From Polyangiaceae bacterium (GTDB lineage: Bacteria; Myxococcota_A; Polyangia; Polyangiales; Polyangiaceae): DNA of 64,000 bases. Under the pieces are notes generated by a model. The model made no database searches. It saw only the letters and a list, made by a program, of their open reading frames with translations, and had not been told where the DNA came from. Position numbers and translations under genes: made by a program. Positions 46,875 through 56,836 of the stretch are shown here, piece by piece. The stretch spans positions 384,001 to 448,000 of the forward strand of contig CBDCTZ010000005.1 in the NCBI GenBank assembly GCA_965222375.1, given 5' to 3'. How positions within the stretch are numbered: the first letter of the stretch is position 1; each line of letters begins with the position of its first letter.

Positions 46875-48248
46875 TCAGCTGAGCTGGGTCCCGCATTCAG
46901 CGCAGAATTTCCCTCCTGTGTTCTGTGCGCCGCACTTGCCACATGCGGCGCCACCAGCCGCGGCCGCGGGAGGCGGTGCAGCCGGAGGCGCTCCAGCGGC
47001 AGCCGCACCGGCTGGCGCAGCCCCGCCGGGAGGAGCGCCCCCGGGAGCGCCCCCGGGCGGAGGTGATTGTCCCGGTGGGTAGCCCTGAGGCGGGTAGCCC
47101 TGCGGGGGCGGTCCGCCTTGCGGTGGGTAGCCTTGCTGCGGCGGATAGCCTTGCGGCGGATAGCCTTGCGGCGGATAGCCCTGCGGTGGGTAGCCCTGCG
47201 GTGGGTAGCCCTGCGGTGGATAGCCTTGCGGTGGGTAGCCTTGCGGTGGGTAGCCCGCACGACCGCCCTGCGCCATTCCTGCGCCGAGGCCCATACCAGC
47301 CATCATGCCGGCCGCAGCTACGCCGCCACCTTCGCCGCCGCCACCTTCAGCCATGCCCTGGCCCAGTCCCATCATGGCCTCGGCCTGGGCATATTGCTGG
47401 TAGCGGCCCACGTCCATTTGGTTCACGTAGCGCTGGCGGTTGGCGAAGTCCTGGTCCAGCTGATGTTGCCGCTGAGCGGCTTCCGCCTCGGCCTGAGAGA
47501 TCCCGATCTTTGCCTTGCGGGCGTCGATCTTAGCCTGGACGATTTGGTCCTGGAACTCGTCGATCCGATCCTGATCCTCCTCGGAAAGGTTGATGTTCAG
47601 TTTGGCGATCTCTAGTACCTGGATGCCGCACTTCACCAAGTCGGGGCAGTCCTGCACGATCGCGCGCGCCACGTCCGGGCCAGCAGTGCCCAGATCCATC
47701 ATCGTCAAATCTCCGGACTTGATCAGACGCGTGAGGGTCGTCTTCAGCCCCATCAGGATCTGGTCTCGAACCCACTGCATGGCTCGATCGGGATCCGCAG
47801 CGCCGGTCTGCCCGACGAACTCGAGCACGAACTTCACCGGATCGGCGACCTTGTAGGCGTAGGTTCCGAAGGCGCGGGGATTGACTCGGATGTCTAACTC
47901 CGGGTCCCGCATGGAACCGATTGGACCCCCGAAACCCTGGTTGTACATCGGCTTCGTGGTAACGAAGTACAGCTCGCTGATGAAGACATTGCCCCCGGTG
48001 AACTTGTCGACCAGGGAGTTCAAGAACGGGATGTTCTGAGTTTGCAGAGTGTGTCGGCCAGCACCCAGCCCACCCGCGTACGTTCCATCTTTGAAAAATA
48101 GGCAGACCTCGTCGGAATCGACGGTCAGCTGGCTCCAGAATGGGAACGTCTGGTCGGGATGTTTATAAACGACCAGTTCCTTCTTGTCGTCCGGACGCGC
48201 AATCATCATGCGCTGCACGCCACCTTTGACGAAGTCGACAATCCCCAT
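46875..48248 (-). CDS. SPFH/band-7 (YdjI-like) protein with GYPPQ repeats and C-terminal zinc ribbon
   Basis: SQLTV..DE...F.KDG...GRHTL.T.N.P...RAFG.Y; coiled-coil; CGKCG...KFCAECG. Confidence 0.85.
   Translation of the reverse strand: MGIVDFVKGGVQRMMIARPDDKKELVVYKHPDQTFPFWSQLTVDSDEVCLFFKDGTYAGGLGAGRHTLQTQNIPFLNSLVDKFTGGNVFISELYFVTTKPMYNQGFGGPIGSMRDPELDIRVNPRAFGTYAYKVADPVKFVLEFVGQTGAADPDRAMQWVRDQILMGLKTTLTRLIKSGDLTMMDLGTAGPDVARAIVQDCPDLVKCGIQVLEIAKLNINLSEEDQDRIDEFQDQIVQAKIDARKAKIGISQAEAEAAQRQHQLDQDFANRQRYVNQMDVGRYQQYAQAEAMMGLGQGMAEGGGGEGGGVAAAGMMAGMGLGAGMAQGGRAGYPPQGYPPQGYPPQGYPPQGYPPQGYPPQGYPPQGYPPQQGYPPQGGPPPQGYPPQGYPPGQSPPPGGAPGGAPPGGAAPAGAAAAGAPPAAPPPAAAAGGAACGKCGAQNTGGKFCAECGTQLS
47070..47255 (-). 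repeat. In-frame 15-nt tandem repeat encoding (GYPPQ)n
   Basis: 8 contiguous units at 47136-47255 plus 3 further GYPP units; synonymous variation between units. Confidence 0.95.
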
Positions 48249-48444
48249 TGAGCTCTTCTCCTTCTGTACGTCCGCGCGGCTCGCGTCGACTGCACGATGC
48301 AGTCGCGGCGTACGCGCTGACGCCGTTCAACATAATCAGCGCACGGAACGCCCGCAACTGGCGCTTGAGGGAGGCCCACACTACGCGCCAAAAAACCACA
48401 AACCGGAGCCCTTAGAGCCATCGAAAATGGTCTAATGACGGCGC

Positions 48445-49578
48445 ATGACTGGGCTTCCCATCGACCCCACCTCTTTGCCGGGGCCAGCCCAAAAACTGCT
48501 CAGCCCAGCCGCGCCTGCCCCGGCCCGCCTGATGGCGGCCAAGGGCATCATCCCCGGACTCAAGCCCGGCGACATCGTCACAGTCATAGCACTGCTGACC
48601 TTGAACGAGGATGCCAAGGTCGCGGAGTCCGCTCAGGCGACGCTGGCAAAGCTCCCTCCTCCCGTAATGACAGGCGCCCTTGCCGCGGACTTGCACGGCT
48701 TCGTCATCGACCGGCTGATTGACCACCACGCTCAGGACGGCGACGTGGTCGAAAAGCTGCTCCGCATGCAGCAGCTATCCGTGGAGGGCTTGGAGCTGCT
48801 GGCCCAACGAGCTAACGAACGCACCGGGGAGCTCATCGCCACCAACGAGCGGCGTCTACTCAAGAGCCCCTCCGTGATCGAGAAGCTGTACATGAACAAG
48901 CAGGTACGGATGTCGACCGCCGACCGCCTGTTGGAGTTGGCAGTGCGCAACAACCTCGAACTCGACATTCCCGCGTTCAAGGAAGTCGCGACTGCGATCC
49001 AGAACGAGCTCATCGTCGAAGCGACTTCGGAGCCCACCTTCGACGACGTGTTGTTCGTCGAGACGGAGCAAGTGGCTCAAGACGCCAAACTTCACAGCGA
49101 AGAGGACGACACTCACGAGGTCGACGACGAGGGCGAAGAGCAACTCAAGGAGCGCTTCTTGCCGCTGCATCAGCGCATCGCCCAAATGAACGTTACGCAG
49201 AAGATCCGACGCGCTCTACTGGGAACGGCCGCAGAGCGACTGCTCTTGGTACGAGATCCAAACCGGCTAGTTTCCATGGCCGTCGCCAAGAGCCCACTGA
49301 TGCGGGAGTCCGAGGCGGCCCGGATCAGCGCCAGCCGAGCAGTGGGTGAAGACGTCCTGAGGGAGATCGCCAAGAACCGCGAGTTCACGCGAAACTACCA
49401 GATCAAATGGAATCTCATCAACAACCCCCGCACCCCGTTCACCTTCGCCTCGCGGCTGATTCCCCACCTGCGTGAGTCAGATCTCCGCAAACTCGCAAAG
49501 AGCAAGAACGTCCCAGGCGCCGTGTCCACGGCGGTCCGTCAGCAACTCGAGCGCAAGAAGCCTGGCGGCAGACGCTGA
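48445..49578 (+). CDS. Conserved all-helical (HEAT/LRV-like) hypothetical protein
   Basis: 377-aa ORF; LVRDPNRLVS.AV.KSP and LINNPRTP helical-repeat signatures. Confidence 0.7.
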   Translation: MTGLPIDPTSLPGPAQKLLSPAAPAPARLMAAKGIIPGLKPGDIVTVIALLTLNEDAKVAESAQATLAKLPPPVMTGALAADLHGFVIDRLIDHHAQDGDVVEKLLRMQQLSVEGLELLAQRANERTGELIATNERRLLKSPSVIEKLYMNKQVRMSTADRLLELAVRNNLELDIPAFKEVATAIQNELIVEATSEPTFDDVLFVETEQVAQDAKLHSEEDDTHEVDDEGEEQLKERFLPLHQRIAQMNVTQKIRRALLGTAAERLLLVRDPNRLVSMAVAKSPLMRESEAARISASRAVGEDVLREIAKNREFTRNYQIKWNLINNPRTPFTFASRLIPHLRESDLRKLAKSKNVPGAVSTAVRQQLERKKPGGRR

Positions 49579-49584
49579 AGTACT

Positions 49585-50013
49585 TCAGTGAGAATGTCGC
49601 TCAGCCGGCTTGGGAAGCGCCGCAGCGACCACGTCACCGCTGCGCACGCCGCGGGTCCCGATCAGTCGCTCGGCCATGGCCTGCAAGGCGGCTGCTGGGC
49701 CACGCGCTGCAATGACCTCGAGGCAGTGATCGTGATCCAAGTGCACGTGCAATGTCGAGATGATGAAGTCGCCGTGATCGTGCTGGATCTCCGTGAGGCG
49801 CTCGGTGAGCTCGCGCACGTGATGGTCGTAAACCAGTGTAATCGTTGCGACGGCCGGCGCTCCCTGCTCCCACGCGTCTCGGTCCAGCTCGCGCCGCACT
49901 AGATCCCGCAAGGCCTCAGAGCGATTCTCATAGCCGCGGCGTTCAACCAAGGCATCAAAACTGGCGAGGGTGTCCTCCTCCATCGCCACGCCGAAACGAA
50001 CGAGCTTGCTCAC
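49585..50013 (-). CDS. nikR: Nickel-responsive regulator
   Basis: RFGVAM...FD......GY.NRSEALRDL (RHH); YDHH, QH, HVHLDHDHCLE; start GTG 50013. Confidence 0.93.
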   Translation of the reverse strand: MSKLVRFGVAMEEDTLASFDALVERRGYENRSEALRDLVRRELDRDAWEQGAPAVATITLVYDHHVRELTERLTEIQHDHGDFIISTLHVHLDHDHCLEVIAARGPAAALQAMAERLIGTRGVRSGDVVAAALPKPAERHSH

Positions 50014-50021
50014 CTTGCGCC

Positions 50022-50873
50022 CTAGGGCCGCTTCTGAAGCCGCTTCATACGACGTTCCTGGCGGCGCTTCTGCGCCGCCAGGCGAGCGGCGCGGATTTCC
50101 TCGGCCTGCTTCACCTTGTGAGGATCGATGACGTAGGGGCTCACCCGCTCCGTCTTCTCGAACTTCTTCTTGTACAGGTTGGCCTTGTAACGGGTCTTGA
50201 AAGGCCCCACCCGCACCCGATGCCACAATCCCCGGTCAGGAACATAGGCCGCTTGGCGAAAGGCGCTGTGGCCGCGCTTGCGCAGCACGTCAACGAATGC
50301 CTCGGCGTCCTCTTTCTTTTTGAAGCTGGCAACCTGGATCTGATATCCGCCTTCGGCGCCCGGAGGCGCCAGGTACTTGTCGTCGGCCTTGGAGACGGCC
50401 GACGCCAGCTGCGTCAATGAGTCCTTGGGCTGCTTCGTGACAGGCGTGGACGACAGCATCGTACCAGCCGGAAGCGGCACCACGGGCAAGCGGTCCGCCG
50501 CAACCGGCGGCGCGGTTGCGCTGGGCTGGGCCAAGGGATCGTTGGTTCCGATCAAGCGACCGCGCTCGTCCTTCACCGCGGCCAACGCCGTGGTTGGGCT
50601 GCCCTTGTCACTGAGGATCGACGGAAACGTGACGTCCTTGTCGTCGACTTTCTCTGCCGGCTGCGCCTCGCTCTTGGCGGAAGCCACCAAAGTGGCGAGG
50701 GGGTCTTGGGCGTTCTGACGCGGGGGTCCCGCGCGCTTGGCGCTCATCACGCCGACAACGACCAACGCTGCACCGCCGAGGGAGGCGAGCAGAAGGGTCA
50801 TCAAGCGAGACCCGCGACGACGAGGGTCGTCTTCGTGGATCTGCTCCAAGTTGCGGACGTTCACGGTCTCCAT
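50022..50873 (-). CDS. Bitopic SPOR-domain protein (FtsN/DedD-like)
   Basis: N-terminal TM; YQIQVASFK...A.....L...G...WHRVRVGPF SPOR motif; start ATG 50873. Confidence 0.85.
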   Translation of the reverse strand: METVNVRNLEQIHEDDPRRRGSRLMTLLLASLGGAALVVVGVMSAKRAGPPRQNAQDPLATLVASAKSEAQPAEKVDDKDVTFPSILSDKGSPTTALAAVKDERGRLIGTNDPLAQPSATAPPVAADRLPVVPLPAGTMLSSTPVTKQPKDSLTQLASAVSKADDKYLAPPGAEGGYQIQVASFKKKEDAEAFVDVLRKRGHSAFRQAAYVPDRGLWHRVRVGPFKTRYKANLYKKKFEKTERVSPYVIDPHKVKQAEEIRAARLAAQKRRQERRMKRLQKRP

Positions 50874-50902
50874 GGCTGCCCTTGGAGGTACCGTCCTTTC
50901 CG

Positions 50903-52180
50903 TCAAGCGGGCCAGTTTTGGGCGGCTGCGGCGATTTGGCGCGCCTTCCACAGGGTTTCCTCGACTTCTCGAGCGGGGTCGCTGTCGGCCACGATCCCGC
51001 CACCAGCGAAATAGTGCCCCTCGCCTTCGACCATGCTGAGCGTGCGAATCCCCATTCCCAGCTCGAGCCCCCCATCATGCCGCAACAGCCCAAAAGCGCC
51101 GGTGTACAAGCCGCGCCGAGCGCTCTCGAATCGGGAGATGACCTCCATGGCGCGGATCTTGGGGGCGCCGGTCACACTTCCACTCGGTAGCATCGCTGTC
51201 AGCACGTCCGTGCGGGTCGCGCCCGGGCGAAGCTGGCCGCTGACATGGGCAACCCGATGATGAAGTGTTGGAAGCGTTGTCGTCGCGTAAGGGCCCAAAA
51301 GCCGTACACTTCCAGCACGACACAACCGCCCCAAGTCATTGCGTTCCACGTCGACAATCATGGTCAGCTCTGCGAGCTCCTTGGGATCGCGTTCCAGCTC
51401 TGAGATCAGCGCGCGATCGCGGTCCGCATCCTTGCCCCGGGGCCGCGTGCCCTTGATTGGCGACGTCAATATCCGGCCATCGGGCGTGGTTCGGAGGAAG
51501 AGCTCTGGCGACGTGCTCACCACGTCGAACGCGCTGCTGCTCAACGCAAAGCCGTATGCGGCACGGGTGTGTGCGCCCTGACGCGCGAGGTGCTCCAAAG
51601 GACTCCCCACGGTGCGCAGCTGAAAAAGGCGAGCAAGATTGACTTGATACAGCTCACCTCGAGCAATCAGCTCGAGGGCGGCGATTATGCGTTGCTCGTG
51701 GATTTCTTTGGCCTCGAGCCCCTCCGAGAGCACTAGAGATGCCTCCGTCGCGGACCCCGGTCGCTGGATCGCTGCTGCAAGGCGGTGAACTCCAGCGGCA
51801 TCGTCGCCTATCACGCGCACCCGCCCCGGCGTGATCTCCACCACCGCACCGAAGCGCCACCAATTCGGACGCGAGATGTGTGGGGCGGGTCGCGGGTCCA
51901 TCCTGGGCGGTCGACCCGAGCGTTCCACTGCCCGGCAGGCCTCGAAGGGCAGCACACCGAACCAGCGCGGTGCTGCCCCCAGCTCCGACGAATGCGGAGT
52001 GAGAGGGAGCGCGGGCTCTGGATCCAGCTCCCCGCTCGCCTCCGCCTCTGGCTCGCAGGCAACCCAGGACGTCCCCCCAATCCGAGCGTCCCAGGCGAGC
52101 ACCAGACCCGGGCGCCCCGCGAGGCTTCGCCCTATTCGGAGCGGATCCGCAGGTACCGCGACGATGCGGGCGCTGAGCAT
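50903..52180 (-). CDS. pabB: Chorismate-binding component I, PabB-like aminodeoxychorismate synthase
   Basis: GELYQVNL, SPELF, PIKGT, MIVD..RNDLG, SVTGAPK.RAME, GGGIVADS; N-terminal domain divergent. Confidence 0.75.
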   Translation of the reverse strand: MLSARIVAVPADPLRIGRSLAGRPGLVLAWDARIGGTSWVACEPEAEASGELDPEPALPLTPHSSELGAAPRWFGVLPFEACRAVERSGRPPRMDPRPAPHISRPNWWRFGAVVEITPGRVRVIGDDAAGVHRLAAAIQRPGSATEASLVLSEGLEAKEIHEQRIIAALELIARGELYQVNLARLFQLRTVGSPLEHLARQGAHTRAAYGFALSSSAFDVVSTSPELFLRTTPDGRILTSPIKGTRPRGKDADRDRALISELERDPKELAELTMIVDVERNDLGRLCRAGSVRLLGPYATTTLPTLHHRVAHVSGQLRPGATRTDVLTAMLPSGSVTGAPKIRAMEVISRFESARRGLYTGAFGLLRHDGGLELGMGIRTLSMVEGEGHYFAGGGIVADSDPAREVEETLWKARQIAAAAQNWPA

Positions 52181-52267
52181 GGGCGGAGCTTAGCCACGAC
52201 CTCGCGCGGCGTGCAGCCCTAGGGCCCAGACGTGACGAAACAGCGTCTTCGCGCTAAGTGTCACGCC

Positions 52268-53590
52268 ATGAGAGCCGGGCTTGCGCTTGCAGCCATGGCC
52301 TTGGCCGGCTGCGGAAGCGAGCTGGTCGAGCCTGGGCAGCTCTATCTGGTGCACGGCGATGAACCGGATCCGTTTTTGCAATCTCCGGAGGTGAAGCGTG
52401 TCGTCGTCGAGCGGGTCGCCGACTCTGGCAAGGCGACCACAATCGTCGATCAGGCCGCCCCACCGTCGCGAATCGAGCTGTCCCAGGGGGGGATCGCCAG
52501 CTTTCGGCTCGAGGGCACTGACGCTAGCGACGCGCTCCGGGTGTACGGCAGGTCGATCCCGATCCAAACCGCCGGCGTCGCCGCCCTCAGCCTTCCGTTG
52601 TTCGTCTCACGCACGGGCGCTTTCGCCCGAGCCCCAGGTCAACTCCAAGGCCAGGTCGGGCAGAGCCCGGCGCTGGCGATGGTCGGCGGCCGCTTCCTCT
52701 TCGGGGCCGGGGGAGCAGACGGAGAGCGCGCGGGAACGGACAGCTACGATCTGGGTGTGTGGGCACCCATCAAGAGCCCGCTGTCTCTCGGTTGCCCCAC
52801 CCCACCCTGCCGCATTCTATCCGTGGCTTCGGTCGAGACGACGCTGCTCGCGGTCGGCAGCGATTGGGCAATTTGGGTCGACCTCGCGAATGGAAGCAAC
52901 GGCGAGGCAGAGCCCCCGAGTGGGCTCGGGAGCTGGGCGGGTATCGCTGGGGGTCGCACCGTGGACGCGGGACAAGCGGGCAGGTTCATCGTGGGCCCCA
53001 CCCGCGAAGGCGAGCCCAGCAACCTGGCGGTGCGCCTGACAGCCGAGTTGGAACTCGAGACCATCACTTTGGCGACCCGAGCTGGAGCCGCGGCGTCATG
53101 GGTGAGCGGCCGGGGCCTTGCAGTGGTTGGAGGCAGCGATTCTTCGGCCGGAGTGGAGATCGTAGCGCCGGGTTCGACTGCGGGCGTCGTGCTCCCCTAC
53201 CCGCCAGATCCCACCACCGGAGCAGCGCTGGTGGCGCGGGACGATAGGGTGTGGCGGGTAGGCGGTCGCAGCGCTGGTGCCGATGCCCCGAGCGTAGAGC
53301 TGTCGCTGATCTGCGGCTCGAACTGCACGGCCGCGCAGATCGGAAACCCGCTTTCACTCGGCCCCTGCCAGGCCTTCGACAGGGCCGGAGAGGTGTTGAT
53401 CGTCGGTGTCGATGCCGCCGGCAAGACCCGGGCGAAAGCTGGCCTCGACGGCGCGTCTATCCCACTCAGGGTGCCCCGCAGCGGCGGCTCGGCGCTGGCG
53501 CTACCCACCGGCCACATCGCACTGCTTGGTGGCACCGCCGACAACGGCGGGCCCGTCACCCAACTGGAACTCTTCGCCCCAGAAAACTGA
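52268..53590 (+). CDS. Lipoprotein with Kelch-like beta-propeller repeats
   Basis: LAGC lipobox; repeated (V/L)(V/L)GG motifs. Confidence 0.6.
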   Translation: MRAGLALAAMALAGCGSELVEPGQLYLVHGDEPDPFLQSPEVKRVVVERVADSGKATTIVDQAAPPSRIELSQGGIASFRLEGTDASDALRVYGRSIPIQTAGVAALSLPLFVSRTGAFARAPGQLQGQVGQSPALAMVGGRFLFGAGGADGERAGTDSYDLGVWAPIKSPLSLGCPTPPCRILSVASVETTLLAVGSDWAIWVDLANGSNGEAEPPSGLGSWAGIAGGRTVDAGQAGRFIVGPTREGEPSNLAVRLTAELELETITLATRAGAAASWVSGRGLAVVGGSDSSAGVEIVAPGSTAGVVLPYPPDPTTGAALVARDDRVWRVGGRSAGADAPSVELSLICGSNCTAAQIGNPLSLGPCQAFDRAGEVLIVGVDAAGKTRAKAGLDGASIPLRVPRSGGSALALPTGHIALLGGTADNGGPVTQLELFAPEN

Positions 53591-53595
53591 GCCGC

Positions 53596-54489
53596 TCAGG
53601 CCACTGGCACTACGTGACCAGCCGCCGACACAATGGCGTCTTGGAGCGGAGCCCGCGCCTGTGCCCCCGGCCACAGTACGACTCGGCGAAACGCGCCGCT
53701 GCCCTGGACTACGGCGCCCGCCCCGATGATCGCCATGTCCGCATCCACCTCTTCGGCTAGTTGAGCGCCCTCGCCCAGGAACAGCCTGCCACCCGCCTCA
53801 CGCTCTAGCCACTGCATGTTCGCCGCGTGGTAGCTCCTCGGGTCTCCGAGGTCCGACCAGGAGCCACTCACGTCGGCTGTCTCGACAATCCCGCCTTGCG
53901 CAAGCTCCACCAGGGCAACATCCCCGATCAGGCAGCCAACCTCGGGCAAGGCGTCCAAGAGCCGCTTGCCCACCCCCGCGACGCCGATGTAGTCGCCACT
54001 CCGAGCCTCGCTGCCGAAGACCTGCCCACGCAGTCGCACGACGTGGCCGCGGACGTTCAGACCGACGGTGCCCTCCCCTACCGGTCTCGGCGCCACCGCC
54101 AAGCACAACCCACCGCCAGCCGCCGAACTCAGCAGGTCCGCGATGGGTGGGGCGGCGGCGATGTCACCATTCCACAGCAACACCGGTGGTCCCGACAGAA
54201 GCTGGCGCGCGCCGCACAGGCCCCCGGCCGTGCCTCGGATTTCAGGTTCGTGTATCAGCTCAACTTTCAGAGCTATCTGACGGGAAATGTTATTGAATTC
54301 CCCTTTCAGATGGTGAGTATTCACAACCATCCGATCGAAACCAGCCGCGCGGAGCTGGTCGGCGATATGCGCCAACACCGGGCGATCCCCGAGGGGCACG
54401 AGGGGCTTGGGGAGCTCTTCAGTCAACGGCCGAAGCCGCGTACCCAGCCCGGCACACAACACCATGGCGGATGCCACTGCATCCATCAT
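53596..54489 (-). CDS. Sugar-phosphate nucleotidyltransferase (Man-1-P guanylyltransferase / MurU-like)
   Basis: LCAGLGTRLRPLT..LPKPL, NTHHL, GTAGG, WNGD, W.DLG; short C-terminal beta-helix-like region. Confidence 0.85.
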   Translation of the reverse strand: MMDAVASAMVLCAGLGTRLRPLTEELPKPLVPLGDRPVLAHIADQLRAAGFDRMVVNTHHLKGEFNNISRQIALKVELIHEPEIRGTAGGLCGARQLLSGPPVLLWNGDIAAAPPIADLLSSAAGGGLCLAVAPRPVGEGTVGLNVRGHVVRLRGQVFGSEARSGDYIGVAGVGKRLLDALPEVGCLIGDVALVELAQGGIVETADVSGSWSDLGDPRSYHAANMQWLEREAGGRLFLGEGAQLAEEVDADMAIIGAGAVVQGSGAFRRVVLWPGAQARAPLQDAIVSAAGHVVPVA

Positions 54490-54577
54490 GTCAGACCAAG
54501 AGCAGAACGGTAAACTCGCACGGTCCCTTGGCCGAATATTCGGCCGGGTTCCCGGGGGCGTGGTACCGGCCATCAGC

Positions 54578-55075
54578 ATGAAGGTGCTGCGCTCCATGAC
54601 CACGGCCGCTTGGGCCTTCGGCTACGCATTCATGGTCGTGCACTCCACGGGTTGCGGCACGGACGCCGTTGGCGTGGATGAATGCCGCGACATCGAGTCC
54701 GCCCGTTGCGAAGCCGGCGCATTCTGCGGCCTGGTGGACGACGTGGGCCAATGCAAGCGCTTCTACCGGGATCAGTGTCTTCACGGCCTCGCCAACGGCG
54801 ACCGTCCGGGCTCCCCCCAAGTCAAGGCGTGCATTGCGACCATCCGCGCGGCCGGGCAGTGCGCGAAAGACGGCGCGGAGGACGTCTCGAGCTGCACCGC
54901 ACTGCCGTCCCAGACGATCCACGCCAAAGTCTGTGACGTGATCCTGCGGCCCGAAGGCGCGGTCGACTGCGACTTCCTCGGGGCGCCAGTGGAGATCCCC
55001 GACGCTTCTCCCGACGTGGCGGCAGACGCGGCCGTAGGCGCGGACGCCGCATCGGGGGATGCGGGGTCCGATTGA
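54578..55075 (+). CDS. Cys-rich lipoprotein
   Basis: TGCG lipobox-like site; about 10 Cys; DAG-rich tail; start uncertain (54578 or 54596). Confidence 0.6.
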   Translation: MKVLRSMTTAAWAFGYAFMVVHSTGCGTDAVGVDECRDIESARCEAGAFCGLVDDVGQCKRFYRDQCLHGLANGDRPGSPQVKACIATIRAAGQCAKDGAEDVSSCTALPSQTIHAKVCDVILRPEGAVDCDFLGAPVEIPDASPDVAADAAVGADAASGDAGSD

Positions 55076-55605
55076 TGCGAGGCCTGCGCGCCCTACTGTC
55101 ACTCAGCACCATGCTGGCAATCGGCTGCGCCAAACCGCCACCGGAGGGCCCGCCGAAACCGAAGCACCAGACCGCCGAAGAGGAGATCCTCCGGGTCGGG
55201 CTGCGCTGGCAGTCCATGCAAGAAGAGCGGGGTTTCCTGCCCGCACCCAACCCCATCGAGACCTTCGAGCGCACCATCTCCTCCCACTTGACCTTCGCCC
55301 GGGGCTCGGAGAGTGCGGAGGAACGCGTGGCGGTCAAGGAGCGACTCACTCTGCGCACTGGCGACCGCCTCAACTGTGAGGCCTCGGGAGGGGTCCGTAC
55401 GACTCTGCGCTACGGTCGCCACAAGGGCCAGGCAGCGTTGCAGCTGACTCGGCCACCGGCGGTATTGACTCGAAATTGCAACGGTACCCCGCCGGAGGTT
55501 GCCATCGAAATGCCGGGGGGAGCCTCACGCCTGGAGTTGCGCTCGGACCAATTGGTCACCTACGAACCCCTAGGCGACCAGCGCATCTATTTGCCAGCAG
55601 ACTGA
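55072..55605 (+). CDS. Lipoprotein of unknown function
   Basis: AIGC lipobox; overlaps the previous stop codon. Confidence 0.6.
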   Translation: MMRGLRALLSLSTMLAIGCAKPPPEGPPKPKHQTAEEEILRVGLRWQSMQEERGFLPAPNPIETFERTISSHLTFARGSESAEERVAVKERLTLRTGDRLNCEASGGVRTTLRYGRHKGQAALQLTRPPAVLTRNCNGTPPEVAIEMPGGASRLELRSDQLVTYEPLGDQRIYLPAD

Positions 55606-55689
55606 GGCAAAAACCTGGGCAAACCCCAGCCCTTCGCCGCGGGACTTTCGGCGCTGCCCGGGTTCCGCTAAGTCTCCCGGCCGAGCTCC

Positions 55690-56793
55690 ATGAGCGTACG
55701 TCTTAGCTGGCTTCTGTCCCTCCTCCTTTTCGGCTGCGGTACCAGTCCCGCAGGGACGGGCATCGACTTGCCCACGGTCGTGGCCGTCTCCCCCGAGGAT
55801 TTCCGCGGCAGCGTTCCGTGCACCGATGCCCCCGGTGCGATGCGTGCCTTCGTGGCCACCTTGACCGACCTCGGTACCACGGAAGAGCCCATCAGCTTTT
55901 CACTGCCCAGCTCCGTGGTGCGCACTTCCGAGCTGGATGGGCGCTTTGGTCCCATCCCTTGTGAACAGGCAGCGGGCTTCTCCTTCGTCGTGCCTGGTCA
56001 CAAGTACTCGGCGGAAGTCGAGGCCTATGACCGCACCGATCTCGTCGCCCTCGGCCCAGGGAGTCGCATCTTGGTCGACCCCGCGAGCGGCAACTACGTT
56101 CCACCGCGCTGGACCACGTCCTGCGGCACCGACCCGGGCACCCTGGGCCGTGGCCCCGTAACGGCAGCGCTGTTCCGCACCCGCTACGTGCAGGGCTGCG
56201 GCACCCTCAGCGAAGCGTATAGCTCCGAGACGGCGCTTCGAGTAGTGACCAGCGCCGCCCAAGGCAGCGTGGAGTGCGGCGAGGGCACGGCCGACATCGA
56301 GCGTTTCGAAGCCACCCTGGTCGAGACCGGCGCGACCCAGACGGTGTCCTGTGGTGAAGATGTCGTCTTCGGCTCCCTGGAAGGCGGCGTCGCGTACAAC
56401 ATCGAGCTCTTCGGCTTCGCCAAGGGCGAGCTATTCCCCACCTGGGGCACTACATGCTTTCGCACAGCGCAGCCCGGCGCCATCGTCGACGCCGGCTGCG
56501 CAACGGTCCTCGCTTCCGGAAGCATGGAGGTCGAGACTTCCTCCGTCGTCGCAGCCCTGGGCGAGAGCTGCGGGCCCACCGGAATCGTGACCGTGTCTGG
56601 GGATATTCTGGTCACGGGCAACCCCAAGAGCGTGCCTTGCGGCGCCGCGATTCGATTCAGCGGACTCGAGCCAAAGAGCTACGGTGTGCGCGTGCGAACC
56701 ACGCGCGCGGACGGCTCGGCAGGCCCCACGGCGATTTGTGACGCGGTGGTCGCGCCCGGCGTCGCTCGCCGCGCGAGTTGTCAACCCGAATGA
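55690..56793 (+). CDS. Cys-rich lipoprotein with repeated beta-sandwich modules
   Basis: LFGC lipobox; three repeats of C..C...F..L..G..Y...C. Confidence 0.65.
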   Translation: MSVRLSWLLSLLLFGCGTSPAGTGIDLPTVVAVSPEDFRGSVPCTDAPGAMRAFVATLTDLGTTEEPISFSLPSSVVRTSELDGRFGPIPCEQAAGFSFVVPGHKYSAEVEAYDRTDLVALGPGSRILVDPASGNYVPPRWTTSCGTDPGTLGRGPVTAALFRTRYVQGCGTLSEAYSSETALRVVTSAAQGSVECGEGTADIERFEATLVETGATQTVSCGEDVVFGSLEGGVAYNIELFGFAKGELFPTWGTTCFRTAQPGAIVDAGCATVLASGSMEVETSSVVAALGESCGPTGIVTVSGDILVTGNPKSVPCGAAIRFSGLEPKSYGVRVRTTRADGSAGPTAICDAVVAPGVARRASCQPE

Positions 56794-56836
56794 CGCACCC
56801 GGTTGCGCACTGAGCGCGCTCCACTAGGGTACCTCC

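Noticed and set aside
47070..47255. Tandem repeats as a CRISPR array
   Set aside because: 15-nt in-frame coding units with no spacers and no cas genes
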